Shown one piece after another: positions 48,729-62,220 of a DNA stretch of 64,000 bases. The notes under the pieces are model-generated. The model did not search any database. It saw only the letters and a list, made by a program, of their open reading frames with translations, and was not told the DNA's origin. The translations under genes and the position numbers were made by a program. Each line of letters starts with the position of its first letter. The first letter of the stretch is position 1. The stretch is from NCBI RefSeq assembly GCF_006345805.1, contig NC_043019.1, positions 32,673,360-32,737,359 of the forward strand. The letters are read 5' to 3'. The DNA is from Octopus sinensis. Taxonomy: Eukaryota.

Positions 48729-49483
48729 TATGTCTGGGTTTGAAGCTACCTTCCAATCTGATCTATTCATTAGTGACAGAGGTTCTTTGAAGGCCCATGA
48801 AACCAGCTTAAAAAAAAAAAAAGAGAGTATCATGAACTACCCTTGTTAGGAGCTTCTTACTCTATGACTTTACTGCTGCTACTACTACTGCTGCTGCTTG
48901 TTTTTATTGATTATACACTAGAAGAATATTTCTAAAGAATGTTGTATTGTCTACTGTAAAGATACAGACAATAATTACTATCACCACCTCCACCACGAGA
49001 TAATAATTATGATTAGTTTTTCTGATTTTGGCACAAAGCCAGCAATTTTTAGGTGGCGGTGGGGATGTCGATTAATTGACTTCAGTACTCTGCTGGTGCT
49101 TATTTTATCAGCTTAGAATTAATAAATGGCCAAATCCACCTTGGCAGAATTTGAACTGGTGCAAATGCTGCTAATCATTTTGTCCCAACACGATGGTAAC
49201 ACATTTACTAGCTCTCCGTCTTTAATAGTGATTTCAAATTTTGGCACAAGGCCAGCAACTTCGGGGAGGGGTTAAGTCGATTACATCCACCCCAGTGTTC
49301 AACTGGTGCTTCTTTTACCAACCCAAAAAGAATGAAAGGCAAAGTCGAACCCGGTAGAATTTGAACTCAGAATGCGAAGACGGACGACACATCACTAAGC
49401 ATTTCTCCCAGCATGCTAATGATTCTTCCAGCTTGCCACTTTAATAATAATAATAATGATAATAATAATAATAATAATAATAA

Positions 49484-50060
49484 ATGATGCAGTACCAGGC
49501 AGTGGCTCTCATGGCTTCTGATCTTAACTGATTGGAAGTGTTATCATGTACATTGTTTTGTCTTGGTATAAAAGATGGGCTACAGCAAATATTCTGCTCA
49601 ATACCACAGATTTGCTTGTCACTTGTTTGACTTTAACCAGTGGAGCATGTCCCTTAGTGGCTGACAATATGTGCATCCCTTATCACGAGCAGAAGTAATG
49701 GGAGAGCATCATAGCCATATGTTGAGAGGGATTCTTTGGGGTTTGAATAATTCACCTCTGGAAACATGGGTGTTTCGTTCAACATCCTTAAACAACCCTT
49801 ATTCAGGGACCTTTTGAGTGGGATGGGCTACTCGACCAGAAGAAAATTCTAACTGGGCCCCACCTGCAAGGTCATGTGCTGTTTATCTTGACATTAGATC
49901 ACCATGTCGCGCACACATGGTTGTGATGCATGTGCCTGGTGTACCCTTATCAGACAGGTAGTCATGATGGGTATACTGGGCTTCGTATATTTTACCCCAG
50001 TGTCACTTTGATGGCATGCACTGCTCTCTCACTCAATAATAATAATAATAATAATAATGA
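49484..50060 (+). mobile_element. Dispersed repeat family E, longer copy, between (AAT)n tracts
   Basis: 3' 210 bp near-identical to 2868-3080. Confidence 0.8.
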
Positions 50061-50069
50061 TAATAATTC

Positions 50070-50263
50070 TTTATACTGGAGGCACAAGGTCTCAAATTTG
50101 TGGGGAGGGGACTGGTCAATTACATCGATCCCCAGTGTTTCACTGGTACTTAATTTATCGACCCTGAAAGGATGAAAGGCAAAGTTGACCTCGGCAGACT
50201 TTGAGCTGAGAACATGAAGACAGAAAATACTACTATGCATTTCACCCGGCGTGCTAATGATTC

Positions 50264-50298
<35 letters not shown>

Positions 50299-50680
50299 CC
50301 TTTCTATTATAAGCACAAGGCCTGAAATTTGCAGGGAGGGGGTAGTCAATTACATCGACCCCAGTGCATAACTGGTACTTATTTAATTGACTCCGAAAGG
50401 ATGAAATTCGAAGTCGACCTTGGCAGAATTTGAACTCAGAATGCAGTGGCAGACAAAATACTGTTAAGCATTTCGCCTGGTGTGCTAATGATTCTGCCAG
50501 CTCACCACCTTAATAATAATAATAATAATAATAATAACAATCTTTTCTACTCTAGGCACAAGGCCCGAAATTTTTGGGGAGGGGGGCCAGTTGATTAGAT
50601 CGACCCCAGTACACAACTGGTACTTAATTTATCGACCCTGAAAGGATGAAAGGCAAAGTCAGCCTTGGCCGAATTTAATA
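50070..50680 (-). mobile_element. Stack of SINE B variants separated by (AAT)n
   Basis: Repeated reverse-complement family B core. Confidence 0.8.
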
Positions 50681-50737
50681 ATAATTAATAATCCTTTTGA
50701 CTATTAGCACAAGGTTTTAAATTTTGGGTGCAGGTGC

Positions 50738-51230
50738 TGTAACATGTCGCCGGCACGGCTGCTGTAACGTGTCGCTGGCATGGGTGGTGTAACGTGTCGC
50801 CGGCACGGGTGGTGTAACGTGTCGCCGGCACGGGTGGTGTAACGTGTCGCCGGCACGGGTGGTGTAACGTGTCGCCGGCACGGGTGGTGTAACGTGTCGC
50901 CGGCACAGGTGGTGTAACGTGTCGCCGGAACGGCTGCTGTGACGTGTCGCCGGAACGGCTGCTGTAACGTGTTGCCGGAATGGCTGCTGTAACGTGTCGC
51001 CGGCACAGCTATTGTAACGTGTCACCGGAACGGCTGCTGTAATGTGTCACCGGAACGGCTGCTGTAACATGTCACCGGAACAGCTGCTGTAACGTGTCAC
51101 CGGAACAGCTGCTGTAACGTGTCACCGGAACGGCTGCTGTAACGTGTCACTGGCACGGCTGCTGTAACGTGTCACCGGCACGGCTGCTGTAATGTGTCAC
51201 CGGCACGGCTGCTGTAACGTGTCACTGCCA
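50738..51230. repeat. 25-bp GC-rich minisatellite, about 19-20 copies
   Basis: GTAACGTGTCGCCGGCACGGGTGGT and variants. Confidence 0.95.
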
Positions 51231-51245
51231 CTGGCCACAACTATG

Positions 51246-51290
<45 letters not shown>

Positions 51291-51459
51291 ATGTGATGGG
51301 GTTGTCTCTTTTTATCTTGATAGTTGTCACTGTCATGTAAGCAGTGTCATTTATTTCCAGTATTCTGTGAAAACATGTCAAGCTATGGGGAAATATTAAT
51401 CTTCCTCAGAAATAGGTGAGGGTCGGCAACAGGCAGGATTTTCACAAATAGATCCTTTA

Positions 51460-51735
51460 TCTCCTCCCCTCTCCTCCTCCATCTCCCCCTCTCCTCCTCC
51501 ATCTCCTTCCCTGTCTTCCTCCATCTCCTCTCCTGTCTTCCTCCATCTCCTCCCCTGTCTTCCTCCATCTCCTCCCCTGTCTTCCTCCATCTCCTCCCCT
51601 CTTCTCCATCTCCTCTCTTCCTCCATATCCTCCCCTCTTCTCCATCTCCTCTCTTCCTCCATATCCTCCCCTCTCTTCGTCCATCTCCTGCATCTCTTCC
51701 CTCTCCTCCTCCATCTCCCCCCTCTCTCTCTCTCT
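51460..51735. repeat. CT-rich minisatellite of about 22 bp
   Basis: CTCCTCCCCTGTCTTCCTCCAT repeats. Confidence 0.9.
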
Positions 51736-52771
51736 CGACACCTTTCCCATCTCCACATAGTAGTAGTAGTAACAATAATATTTATAGTATTGATGCATAA
51801 ACGTAAACAGACAGAAAGCCACAAATCGGCAGAACGAAAACACTTAAGTTGTACCAAACCCCAGTTTCTGACTGATAGTTTCTGCTTTCATTGATCCTCC
51901 ATTAAAGTCAACCTTGACAGGATTTGAAGTCAGAATGTAAAGGTCAAAAATCAAGCGCCGTCACCACAAGGGCATTTTGTCCACTCTCCTGAGGATTCCA
52001 CTATTGACAACATTGGCACAGTGCCACATTTTGTTCAGTGTTGTTGTCGGTTCCATCTTCCACTGTATATTTATTTATATTGGCATCAAGCCACCACACA
52101 TTCTGGTAGGAAAGAATGCAGTTGAATTAACTTCAATGTTTATTATTATCTCTTCTTAGTTTCTGGGGCAGCGAAAAGGCAGAATTGTGAGAAAATTGTA
52201 AAAAAATAAAAATAATGGAAAAAATGTCTAACGGCACTTGTTGCAGCTTTTTACATTCTGAGGTCATCATCATCATCGTTGTTTAGTGCCCTCCATGCTT
52301 GCTTCCATGGGTTGGATGGAATTTCGTTGAGGCAGGGTTTTTCACAGCTGGATACTCTTCCTGTGGCCAACCCTCATATATTTTCAATTAAAATAATATT
52401 TCCCCACAGTCAGATGTTTTTTTTTTGTGAAAGATTGGAAATGAACAACATATGATGGGACAATGAGAGTAAACACACATGTCTATCTATCTATTTATCC
52501 ATCCATCCATCCATCGATCCGTACACCCACTCACCCACCTACCTACTCCTCCATCCGTTTCTAAGAAGTTATCTTTATAATCACATGATTTTAGGTTCAG
52601 TCCCACTGCACAGCACTTGCGCTTCCATGGGTTGGATGGTATTTCGTTGAGGCAGGGTTTTTCACAGCTGGATACTCTTCCTGTGGCCAACCCTCATGCA
52701 TTTCCAATTAAAGTAATATTTCCTCACAGTCAGATGTTTTTTTTTTTTGTGAAAGATTGGAAATGAACAAC

Positions 52772-53186
52772 AGGCGCAGGAGTGGCTGTGTGGTAAGTAG
52801 CTTGCTAACCAACCACATGGTTCCGGGTTCAGTCCCACTGCGTAGCATCTTGGGCAAGTGTCTTCTGCTATAGCCCCGGGCCGACCAATGCCTTGTGAGT
52901 GGATTTGGTAGACGGAAACTGAAAGAAGCCTGTCGTATATATATGTATATATATGTATGTGTATATGTTTGTGTGTCTGTGTTTGTCCCCCTAGCATTGC
53001 TTGACAACCGATGCTGGTGTGTTTACGTCCCCGTCACTTAGCGGTTCGGCAAAAGAGACCGATAGAATAAGTACTGGGCTTACAAAGAATAAGTCCCGGG
53101 GTCGATTTGCTCGACTAAAGGCGGTGCTCCAGCATGGCCGCAGTCAAATGACTGAAACAAGTAAAAGAGTAAAAGAGAAAAAGAGT
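52772..53186 (+). mobile_element. Young SINE family A inside the second copy of a 320-bp tandem duplication (52301-53364)
   Basis: Near-consensus copy; the empty site is present in the first duplicate. Confidence 0.9.
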
Positions 53187-54016
53187 GATATGATGGGACA
53201 ACGAGAGTAGACACAAACACACATGTCTATCTATCTATCTATCTATCTATCCATCCGTCGATCCGTACACCCACTCACCCACCTACCTACTCCTCCATCC
53301 GTTTCTAAGAAGTTATCTTTATAATCACATGATTTTAGGTTCAGTCCCACTGCACAGCACTTGCGATAACTATCTTATATCAGAGCTCCAGACTGACCAG
53401 TGCCTTGTGCAAGATAGAACCTGAAAGCAGCCTCAGTGTGTGTGCGTGTATTTTTTCATTCTCTTATTTCAGTCATTTGACTGCGGCCATGATGGAGCAC
53501 CACTTTTTGTCAAATAAATCAACCCCAGGACTTATTCTTTTGTAAGCCTAGTACTTATCCTATTGGTCTCTTTTGCCGAACCACTAAGTTATACAGATGT
53601 AAACACACCAACATCGGTTGTCAAGCGATGTTGTGGGGGACAAACGCAGACACACACAAAGATATATATACGAGAACTAGGTTGCATGGAAACAATTGTA
53701 GTGATTATAAAGATTTTGCCTTTCATCCTTTTGGGGTCGATTAAATAAGTACCGGTTACGCACTGGGGTCGATGTAATGTTCCTCTGTACTCCTTCTCGT
53801 TGACTCCGACTTATTCAATTACATATATAAGATGTCTCAGAAGTGATGTAAAAGATATAATAACTGTTTATTAGCTGAGAGACATTGTATAAATTACAAT
53901 GTTAAGAGAGTAACTCTTGTACAAAGGTGCCACTCAACAGAATCTCTTGACAACTGATGCATTTATGCTATCATTGATCTCAACTTCAGAATCTTCTTTG
54001 AAACAATTAACATATA

Positions 54017-54416
54017 CGTAAGAGTGGCTGTGTGGTAAGTAGCTTGCTTACGAACCACATGGTTTCGGGTTCACTCCCACTGCGGGGCACCTTGGGCAAG
54101 TGTCTTCTACTTATAGCCTCGGGCCGACCAAAGCCCTGTGAGTGGATTTGGTAGACGGAATCTGAAAGAAGCCCATCGTAATATGTATATATGTATGTGT
54201 ATGTATGTGTGTGTGTTTGTGTTTGTCCCCCCCAACATCGCTTGACAACTGATGCTGGTGTGTTTACGTCCCCGTAACTTAGTGGTCCAGCAAAAGAGAC
54301 CGATAGAATAAGTACTGGGCTTACAAAGAATGTCATGTGGTTGATTTGCTCGACTAAAAGGTGGTGCTCCAGTTGGCCACAGTCAAATGACTGAAACAAG
54401 TGAAAGAGTAAAGAGT
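54017..54416 (+). mobile_element. SINE family A
   Basis: Homology to family A. Confidence 0.88.
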
Positions 54417-54419
54417 ATA

Positions 54420-55915
54420 CATGTTTCTGGCACCTGTTCACTGTCACATCTTGTTTCTGACATAATATCTTTGTCCCCGAAGATGCCTTCATTTGGCCTG
54501 ATAGATATGATGTCAGGGGCCACCAGATCCCGGTGTTCAGTGGTTGGTAGACCACTGACCAGCTTTAGTTGCTGGTTGCCTGATTTGCTGCCAGTGTGGT
54601 TCATTTTCTGATTCTTTGGGGTCTGCTACCCACTGGCTTCTCTAAGCTTTTTATGTGCTTCATTGCATTGCTTGTTGTTCAGTTTGGCCACATTCCAGCA
54701 AAATCAAGTAGAATGATGCCCTTGTCATCCTCTAAAACAGACACCATGACTTTGTGCTGATCTCTGGCTCTTGAACTTCTAAGGCCTTGAAGAATAAATG
54801 TGATGTTATTTCAGAGACTGAATCTTCATTTTCAAGTAATAAAGATACGAGGTGGGTGCCGAAAAGCTCATGGTTTTAAGGGTATAGCAAAAGGCCTGGT
54901 TGGAGGCCCAACCTTCTGAGTTTTTACAGGGCTTAGAAAAACTTAAGTACCACTGCAATAAGTGTGTGAATCTGAGAGGGCAATACATTGGATAAAATCA
55001 TAACCTATGAAGTGCTGGGATTTGCGCTTACATAACATGAACTAGAAACATTGCCAGATAAGACTGGAGCCTGGTGCAGCCTTCTGGCTTCCCAGATCCC
55101 CGGTCGAACCGTCCAACCCATGCTAGCATGGAGAACGGACGTTAAACGATGATGATGATGATGAAACCGTCATGCACACACAAAAAATAATGGTTTCAAG
55201 TCTTACATCATCTGAAAAGTCATTAGTTGAACTATTAGTCCTCTTGCATTCTGGTGGGTATTGGAGTGTTTGAGTGACATTAGACACCAACAAATGCCCA
55301 TAAATTAAATGCATCTATCTGGGCCACGATCGTGGCCTGTTGACCTGTGCTTGACAGCCATAATTGTGGCCCATTGCGCTTTATGTGTTAACTGATTCTT
55401 CTGTATTTTCTTTAACCCAGAGCCAGGAACTCTCCAGCATTCCTTCATATGCCTGTGGTTAATCCTTTTTCATCTGATTGAAAAAGAAAAAAATGTATCT
55501 TCATTGGTTTCAAATGCTTCCAGGAGATCAGCAGATTTCCACCCTTTTCTCCTTCAAATCAGGTGCCAACCGCCAAGGTACCCACTTTGTACCCAAGGTC
55601 TTTTACCATATTCTGTAAAGCATTGTGACTACAGTCTCATTGCGCAGCAATCTTATGGATTGTAACTCATCTGTCTCCACAGATCAATACATCCGATCAC
55701 TTGTTTTATTGATCTGATTTGATGATCTATCTACCACTGCATGGATTATCCTCAGTGTTGGTTTCCCGTATTTGTCCGACAGTGCACATAGCTTTTCTCA
55801 TTGGAGTCATCTTCATAAACAAACAACCTGTAGCCTTGTGTCTGCCTAGCAGCCTGCACTCCACCTTTGTCAAGCACTCAATGATGGCGCAATACCTCTG
55901 CTTGGAAGCCACTAT
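54420..55915 (-). pseudogene. Highly degraded mariner transposase interrupted by later insertions
   Basis: Fragments KQRYCAIIEC..., EDNPCSGR..., DLGYK..., KFKSQRSA/KVMVSV/KGIILLDF and a DLxPxD-like motif occur in colinear order, with many stops and frameshifts. Confidence 0.65.
54846..54995 (+). mobile_element. Mariner-derived fragment (C-terminal WLEAQPSEF...KLKYHCNKCVNLRGQY)
   Basis: TACGAGG end plus the mariner C-terminal motif. Confidence 0.6.
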
Positions 55916-56240
55916 TTGGCTGCAGTAAAGGAGAACATGAAGAGTTATTGCCGAAGAATGGCACTCTTCTATTTATTTGTGTATAACTTCTGGATGAGTT
56001 ACCTCGGTCCTATATAGTCTTAACAAAAAATGAAATTGACTGACACATAATTTTTGAACTTGTGGAAGGCAAACTGGATGCCGAAGTATTGTTCAACGAA
56101 TTTCACATGATATGGCACTCTTCCATTTTAGTCTGGAAAAAAAATCAAACAAACCCCAGGTGTAAAATGGATGATGTTGATTACGACTGTAACCATCAGA
56201 GTATTGTTATTTTCTGTGTCAAAGACTATGTTGTCTAATG

Positions 56241-56490
56241 TAGTGGTTCTCAACCAGTTTTTAGCTATAGACCCCTTCGATTCCTATTTTACTCAGGTGT
56301 ACCCTAATAACCACTTCATATTTAAAAAATCCGATATTTTTGTAATCAAATATAAAGAATTATATATAGAAAAAAATGAAAATAATTTGTGTATTGTAGA
56401 AGAATAACCAATTTATTTCACATAAATTTTAACTACAAAATCTTGTGTGAACCCCCTAAAAACCAAATGGACCTCGGTTGAGACCCACAG
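56241..56490. mobile_element. hAT-type MITE
   Basis: TAGTGGTTCTCAACC...GGTTGAGACCCACAG with a near-perfect 8-bp TSD (GTCTAATG / ATCTAATG). Confidence 0.7.
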
Positions 56491-56706
56491 ATCTAATGTG
56501 TCCTTCTCTTGCAAAACTGAAAAGTATAATTTGTGGGGAAATATGGTTGCAATTTCTAGCAAGTCTTGTGACGTCCTTGAATTTATGGGGTGTGTGAGTG
56601 AGGAGTAAAGGTGTAAAGGAATGATTTCAAAGCTTTCCTCCTTTTGCTTCATTCTGTTCTTGCTTCTTTTAATTATGTTTAATATTTTAATATTCTTTCC
56701 CTCTAA

Positions 56707-57530
56707 GGAGGTGAGCTGGCAGAAACGTTAGCATGCCGAGCGAAATGCTTAGCGGTATTTTGCATTCTGAGTTCAAATTCCGCCATGGTCCTTTGCCTTT
56801 CATCCTTTCGGGGTTGATAAATTAAGTACCAGTTATGCACTGGGGTCGATGTAATTGACTTAATCTCTTTGTCTGTCCTTGTTTGTCCCCTCCATGTTTA
56901 GCCCCTTGTAGGCAATAAAGAATTAAGAAACGTTAGCACACCAGGCGAAATGCTTAGCGGTATTTTGTCTGCCGCTACTTTCTGAGTTCAAATTCCGCCG
57001 AGGTCGACTTTGCCTTTCATCCTTTCGGGGTCGATTAAATAAGTATCAGCTACACACTGGGGTCGATGTAATCGGCTTAATCCGTGTGTCTGTCCTTGTT
57101 TGTCCCCTCTGTGTGTAGCCCCTTGTGGGTAGTAAAGAAATAGGTATTTCGTCAGTCTTTAAGTTATGAGTCCAAATTCTGCCATGGTCCTTTGCCTTTC
57201 ATTCTTTCGGGGTTGATAAATTAAGTACCAGTTACGCACTGGGGTTGATGTAAAATGACTTAATCTCTTTTTCTGTCCTTGTTTGTCCCCTCCATGTTTA
57301 GCCCCTTGTGGGCAATAAAGAAATAAGAAACGTTAGCATGCTGGGCGAAATGCTTAATGGTATTTCATCTTTCTTTACGTTCTGAGTTCAAATTCTGCTG
57401 AGGTCAACTTTGCCTTTCATCCCTTCAGGGTCGATAAATTAAGTACCAGTTGCATACTGGGGTCGATCTGATCGACTGTCCCCACCATCCCCTCAAATTT
57501 CAGACATTGTGCCTAGAATAGAAAAGAATA
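56707..57530 (+). mobile_element. SINE family B multimer (about 4 units)
   Basis: Repeated cores restarting at GAAACGTTAGCA or GGTATTTCG. Confidence 0.88.
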
Positions 57531-57702
57531 TTCTTTCCTTTTGTTTGTTGAGTCTGAAATATATTTTTTATTGTTGTTCACTGTTGTTTCTGCTAAGTTT
57601 GGTACCCTTTCCTTTTTTATTTTGCTTATCTTGGGTGTCTTTTTCACATTTTTCACACACACTATGTATGTATGTTCCATCTTTGCTCCAGATAGGTTGA
57701 AG

Positions 57703-57749
<47 letters not shown>

Positions 57750-57766
57750 ATACATGTATATATATA

Positions 57767-58332
57767 TTGGGTTGTCCGGAAAGTTCATGCCAATTTATAG
57801 TAGCTTACCTTTCGACTTATTTTAGAACATGGATGAGTCCATAAAATAGGATTTGACTACACCTCCATTTAGAGCACAGTTTAAGATATCTTTTCGTGGA
57901 AGAAGGTTTATGTTCCTATAACCTGTTTTAATTCTGTAACCCTTTAAAATGGAAGATAAGAAAGTTCATTTTCGGCACTTGATGCTTTGGGAACCAGAAA
58001 AAATTGCTGCAGATCGGCTGGGATGTGTTACCCCACCCTTCATATTCACCAGATATTGCTCCTTCGGATTTCCACTTATTCAGGTCTCTGCAGAATAGTC
58101 TTAATGGTAAAAATTTCAATTTGTTAGACGACATAAAAAGGTACCTTGAAGAATTCTTTGCCATGAAACCACCTCAATTCTGGGAAGAGGGTATTTTCAA
58201 GTTAAAGGAAAGATGGAGACACATTGTGCAACAAAATGGTTCATATTTGGTTGATTAAAAAATGTAATGGCAAGTCTTTATTGACCTTTTTCTTTCTTTT
58301 AAAAATGGCACAAACTTTCCGGACAACCCAGA
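57767..58332 (+). mobile_element. Internally deleted mariner element with both TIRs
   Basis: TIR TTGGGTTGTCCGGAAAGTT / AACTTTCCGGACAACCCA in a TA context. MEDKKVHFRHLMLWE is fused to WDVLPHPSYSPDIAPSDFHLF...LKERWRHIVQQNGSY. Confidence 0.92.
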
Positions 58333-58393
58333 TATGTATGTGCACATACACACCTTATGAAAATCAACTGAGATGTGTATGTGTGTGTGTGTG

Positions 58394-58442
<49 letters not shown>

Positions 58443-58934
58443 TATATATATACATACATACATATACACACACACACATGCAAATGTGTATGTCTGTGTA
58501 TGTATATACACACATATATGCTCACATATACACACACAAACACATACATGATGGCAATCAACTTGTATAGTGGGAATATCTATACATCCACATGAATATA
58601 CATTTAAGCATATGTACATTCGTGTTTATACATGCATATATGAGCACAAATATCTAGCTGCTTGTCTCTATGTACGTACACACACACACGTGTGTGTGTA
58701 TGTATGTATGTATATATATATATATATAAACTTACAGTGTTTAATAAAATGAAGTAGCATGAAACAATTGGATATCCTTGTTGCTTATTTTGATATATAT
58801 ATATATATATATATATAGATATATATATAGAAATTCAGGGTGAGTACTTGATAATTGTAAGCACCTGTATATACCGTTTAGTGGTGTAGGTGGTGGAGTA
58901 AATTAATCAAAATAAGAACATGATGCCAAGGATT

Positions 58935-59016
58935 CAGCGGTACATATGTTTCGGGCCCTTATTAGACGGATCTATAACAATGCATAATGTGTGTCTATGG
59001 CCTTCTTCAGCCGTGC
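58935..59016 (-). ncRNA. Type I hammerhead ribozyme
   Basis: gcacgg CTGAAGA a GGCC-TAGAC...GTCTA-GGCC c GAAAC ATAT GTA ccg: intact core, palindromic stem III (ACATATGT), GUA cleavage triplet. Confidence 0.7.
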
Positions 59017-60202
59017 ACAATTACTACCTCAAGGACATGTATTACATCAAAAATTCTACGTTGGGGATGCAAATCCTCTCATTCGCGTACGACATAATGC
59101 GGCACCAGCACAAGAATGAAGCGTCCATCTCGTCCTTCTCTCAATGTAGAATGAGGAAGCTTGGATGTTGAGGTAATATAAATAAATGAATAAATAAATA
59201 TATACATATACAAATACAGACAGACGTGAAGGAACCTGGTAATAAGAGTAAATAGGGATAAAGATGGAGGGGCGAGAATTCAGGACGAAGGATAAAAAAA
59301 TATAAAAATGTGAAAGATAAAAGAATATAAGTATAGAAATATGAAAATATAAAGTATAAAGATATAAAGAGATATAAAAAAGTATAAATGAATATAAAGA
59401 TATAAAGTTATAAAAAGAAATATAAAAAATTATCAGAAATATAAAGGATACAAGAATATAAAAATGTAAAAGAATATAAGGATAAGGGATATAAAGTTGT
59501 TACGGACCAACATGGTGGTCAGGAAAATGACATATTCTGGTTGTAGAAGCCGTGGGTGTCATAAATCAACCGGGCGTCTGGGGACCTAGTGTATTGTAAA
59601 TTAGAGTTGTCTGGTTAAATCGCTTATCTAGTTCCTCGTTACGTGTCTAGTGGTCAACATGTACATACGTACATGCATGGATACATACGTACATGCATGG
59701 ATACATACACACATATACACGCACGTATACACAACCACACGCATAGAAGTTTACATACGTACTCTCATGTAAACATATACAGATATATACGGAAAAAGGC
59801 GCATGTAGTTGGGTACACGAACCGACGCGCATACGTACGTATATACATACATGCACATGCGTTCCTATAGGCACACTCGCACTTACACGCATGCACAAGA
59901 CGAAGTGAATCTCTATGCGTATGGGCAAAAATATGCATACACCTACACTCACGCCCACACCCACGCACATGGGGGAGTAGATCCCTATGCATATACACAA
60001 AAGTATGCATATGCACAGACACAGGTATAACAAGTAGATCCATTCTCGCACACGGGCAAGATACGGAATTATAGTGGGTACAGAAGGTAGACATGAACGT
60101 AAGAAACTTGCGGGCAAGAAATTATAACAGAATATACATATATATACATGGACAATATACATATACGTATATATACACACACATATACACATATATATAT
60201 AC

Positions 60203-60580
60203 ACTAGCAGTATCGCCTGGCGTTGCTCAGGTTTGTAAGGGAAATAACTATAAAGCATTTTTAGATGGTTATAGCCAAAAAGTTAAAAAATGGAAAAAAA
60301 ATTATGGTAAATTTTTGTTTTGAGAGTTAAAAAGGTCGAGTTGCGTCCCCTAGACAGTCTGTGGTTTGTGTTTCTGATTCTCGACCCCGTGTCGAATTTA
60401 TCGATTTTTTTCAGAACTGGGGGAACTTTTCAAAATTTTCGCTGCGTTAGTTTTGAATTATGACATTGGGCTATGTGTGTGTCAAGTTTCATCAGAATTG
60501 GTTGAAAGCCGTGGTCAGGGTGAGGGTACAACCTGACAGACACACTGACAGACAAACTGCCATTTATATATAGAGAGATA
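60203..60580 (+). mobile_element. Helitron/Helentron-like non-autonomous element
   Basis: ACTAGCAGTATCGCCTGGCGTTGCTCAGG start and GACAGACAAACTGCCATTTATATATAGAGAGAT end, as in DINE-1/Lep1-like elements. Confidence 0.6.
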
Positions 60581-61558
60581 TATGTATAAGTATATATATA
60601 CACATATATATACATACATACATATACACACACACACATACCCACACACGCACATATATGTGTGCATACATACACACACACGCATACATACACACACGCA
60701 TATATACATACACACGGACCCACGCACACGTATCCACACACACACATCTGTGTGTCTATATATGCGTGTACACATACATATACATACACAGACACACACA
60801 CATATATGTATAGATATATATAAAAATATTTAAAAATGTATAAAGAAATATATAAAAAATATACACAAGCATGTAAAAAAATTATTAAAAAAGTATAAAA
60901 GAAGGGGGTACACATATAAACACAGATACTTATTCATACGCACACACATATATACACATACATACATACACAGACACACATATAAGCATATAAGCGGATA
61001 CATAGATAAGCAAATAAGGAAAAAAGAGCTAAAAATAGACGTAGAGATAAAAAGTGATAAAATAGGGGTAAAAATAGAAGTAAGAATAAGGATAAAAATA
61101 AAAAGTAGAAATAAAAAATAAAAAATAAAATAAAATAAAATAAAAAGGTAATCGGGTAAAGGTTAACATGAAATGAAGGTAAAAATAAAGGGTGGTTGAA
61201 AATGTAAAGTTATAGGTGTGTGTTAAAGGTGACCACCTAGGGGCGGGGAGGGGAACTGAAAATTGGAAGGGTGGGAAGCGGGGTTTGGTGGTGTGTGCTC
61301 AACATCAGAGCTAGAAATGGAAAAAGGTATAGATATAGGGAAACAAAATATCTATATAGGAAGAAGGTAGGTGTAGGAAAAGAAATATATAGGAAAAAAA
61401 AAAATATAGGAAAAAAATATATGAGAGACAAAATATGTATATATAGGAAAGAAAAAATATATATATATAGATATATAGGAAAAAAAACCGGGATGCGCTG
61501 GAGCCGACAAGTTGCACTTGGATGGGAGGAAATTGCATGGGGGAGTTGGTATAATAGC

Positions 61559-62220
61559 CTAAGCTTTGTAGTATTTAAAAGTATTGGTTAGTTTGTGTAT
61601 ACAAGAAGGCTTGAATTCTGACCTTTTGTTAATTAGATTGTGTTTCTCCTTGAATTTCAAGATATTCAGTTCTACACAACATAGCTGGCATCCTGCTCTA
61701 TTATTTAAATAAGGTGCTGCTGATCCAATGATGGACCACCTGAGTTTGAAACCTATGCTATTGTCTTTTAATTCCCAAATTTTCTTAGATAGGGAGGTGC
61801 TGCTAGCCTTATGTCTATGCTTGAACGAGGACCGGTGGTTGTAGTATCTGGATTTCCAGGAGGTCGAGCAACCTATGTAGGTGAGTGTGTTAAACTGGGT
61901 ACTCACCTCACATGAATAGATTACGTTTTTAGCCCGACATTCACCACGTAACGGACATTCGGATGCACTTATGCAGTTGCAGTGCACTGCATTTCCCAGT
62001 CGTGTGCTATTAGTCCCAGGCGGAGGTGTTGCATTAAGTGTAAGAGCACTGTTATCCTCCTGGTTGTTGATGGGTGTGGTGTTGCCTCTGTTGTGTTGAC
62101 GGGTGTTATTACTAACTGTTTGGGTACTATAGTTGCCAGCCCGATTATATTGACTACTGCCTGGATGAATGGGGTTCGATTGGTTGTTATAGCCTGCTCC
62201 TAATCTAGCTGTTCTAGCGG
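61559..62220 (-). pseudogene. Penelope-like GIY-YIG endonuclease domain (fragment of the RT-EN ORF)
   Basis: CNC...CPLRGEC...NVIY...TYIG...KSRYYNH...TSLSKKIWELK...CQLC...LINKRSE; RT absent. The upstream part of the listed ORF is unrelated repeat. Confidence 0.9.
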
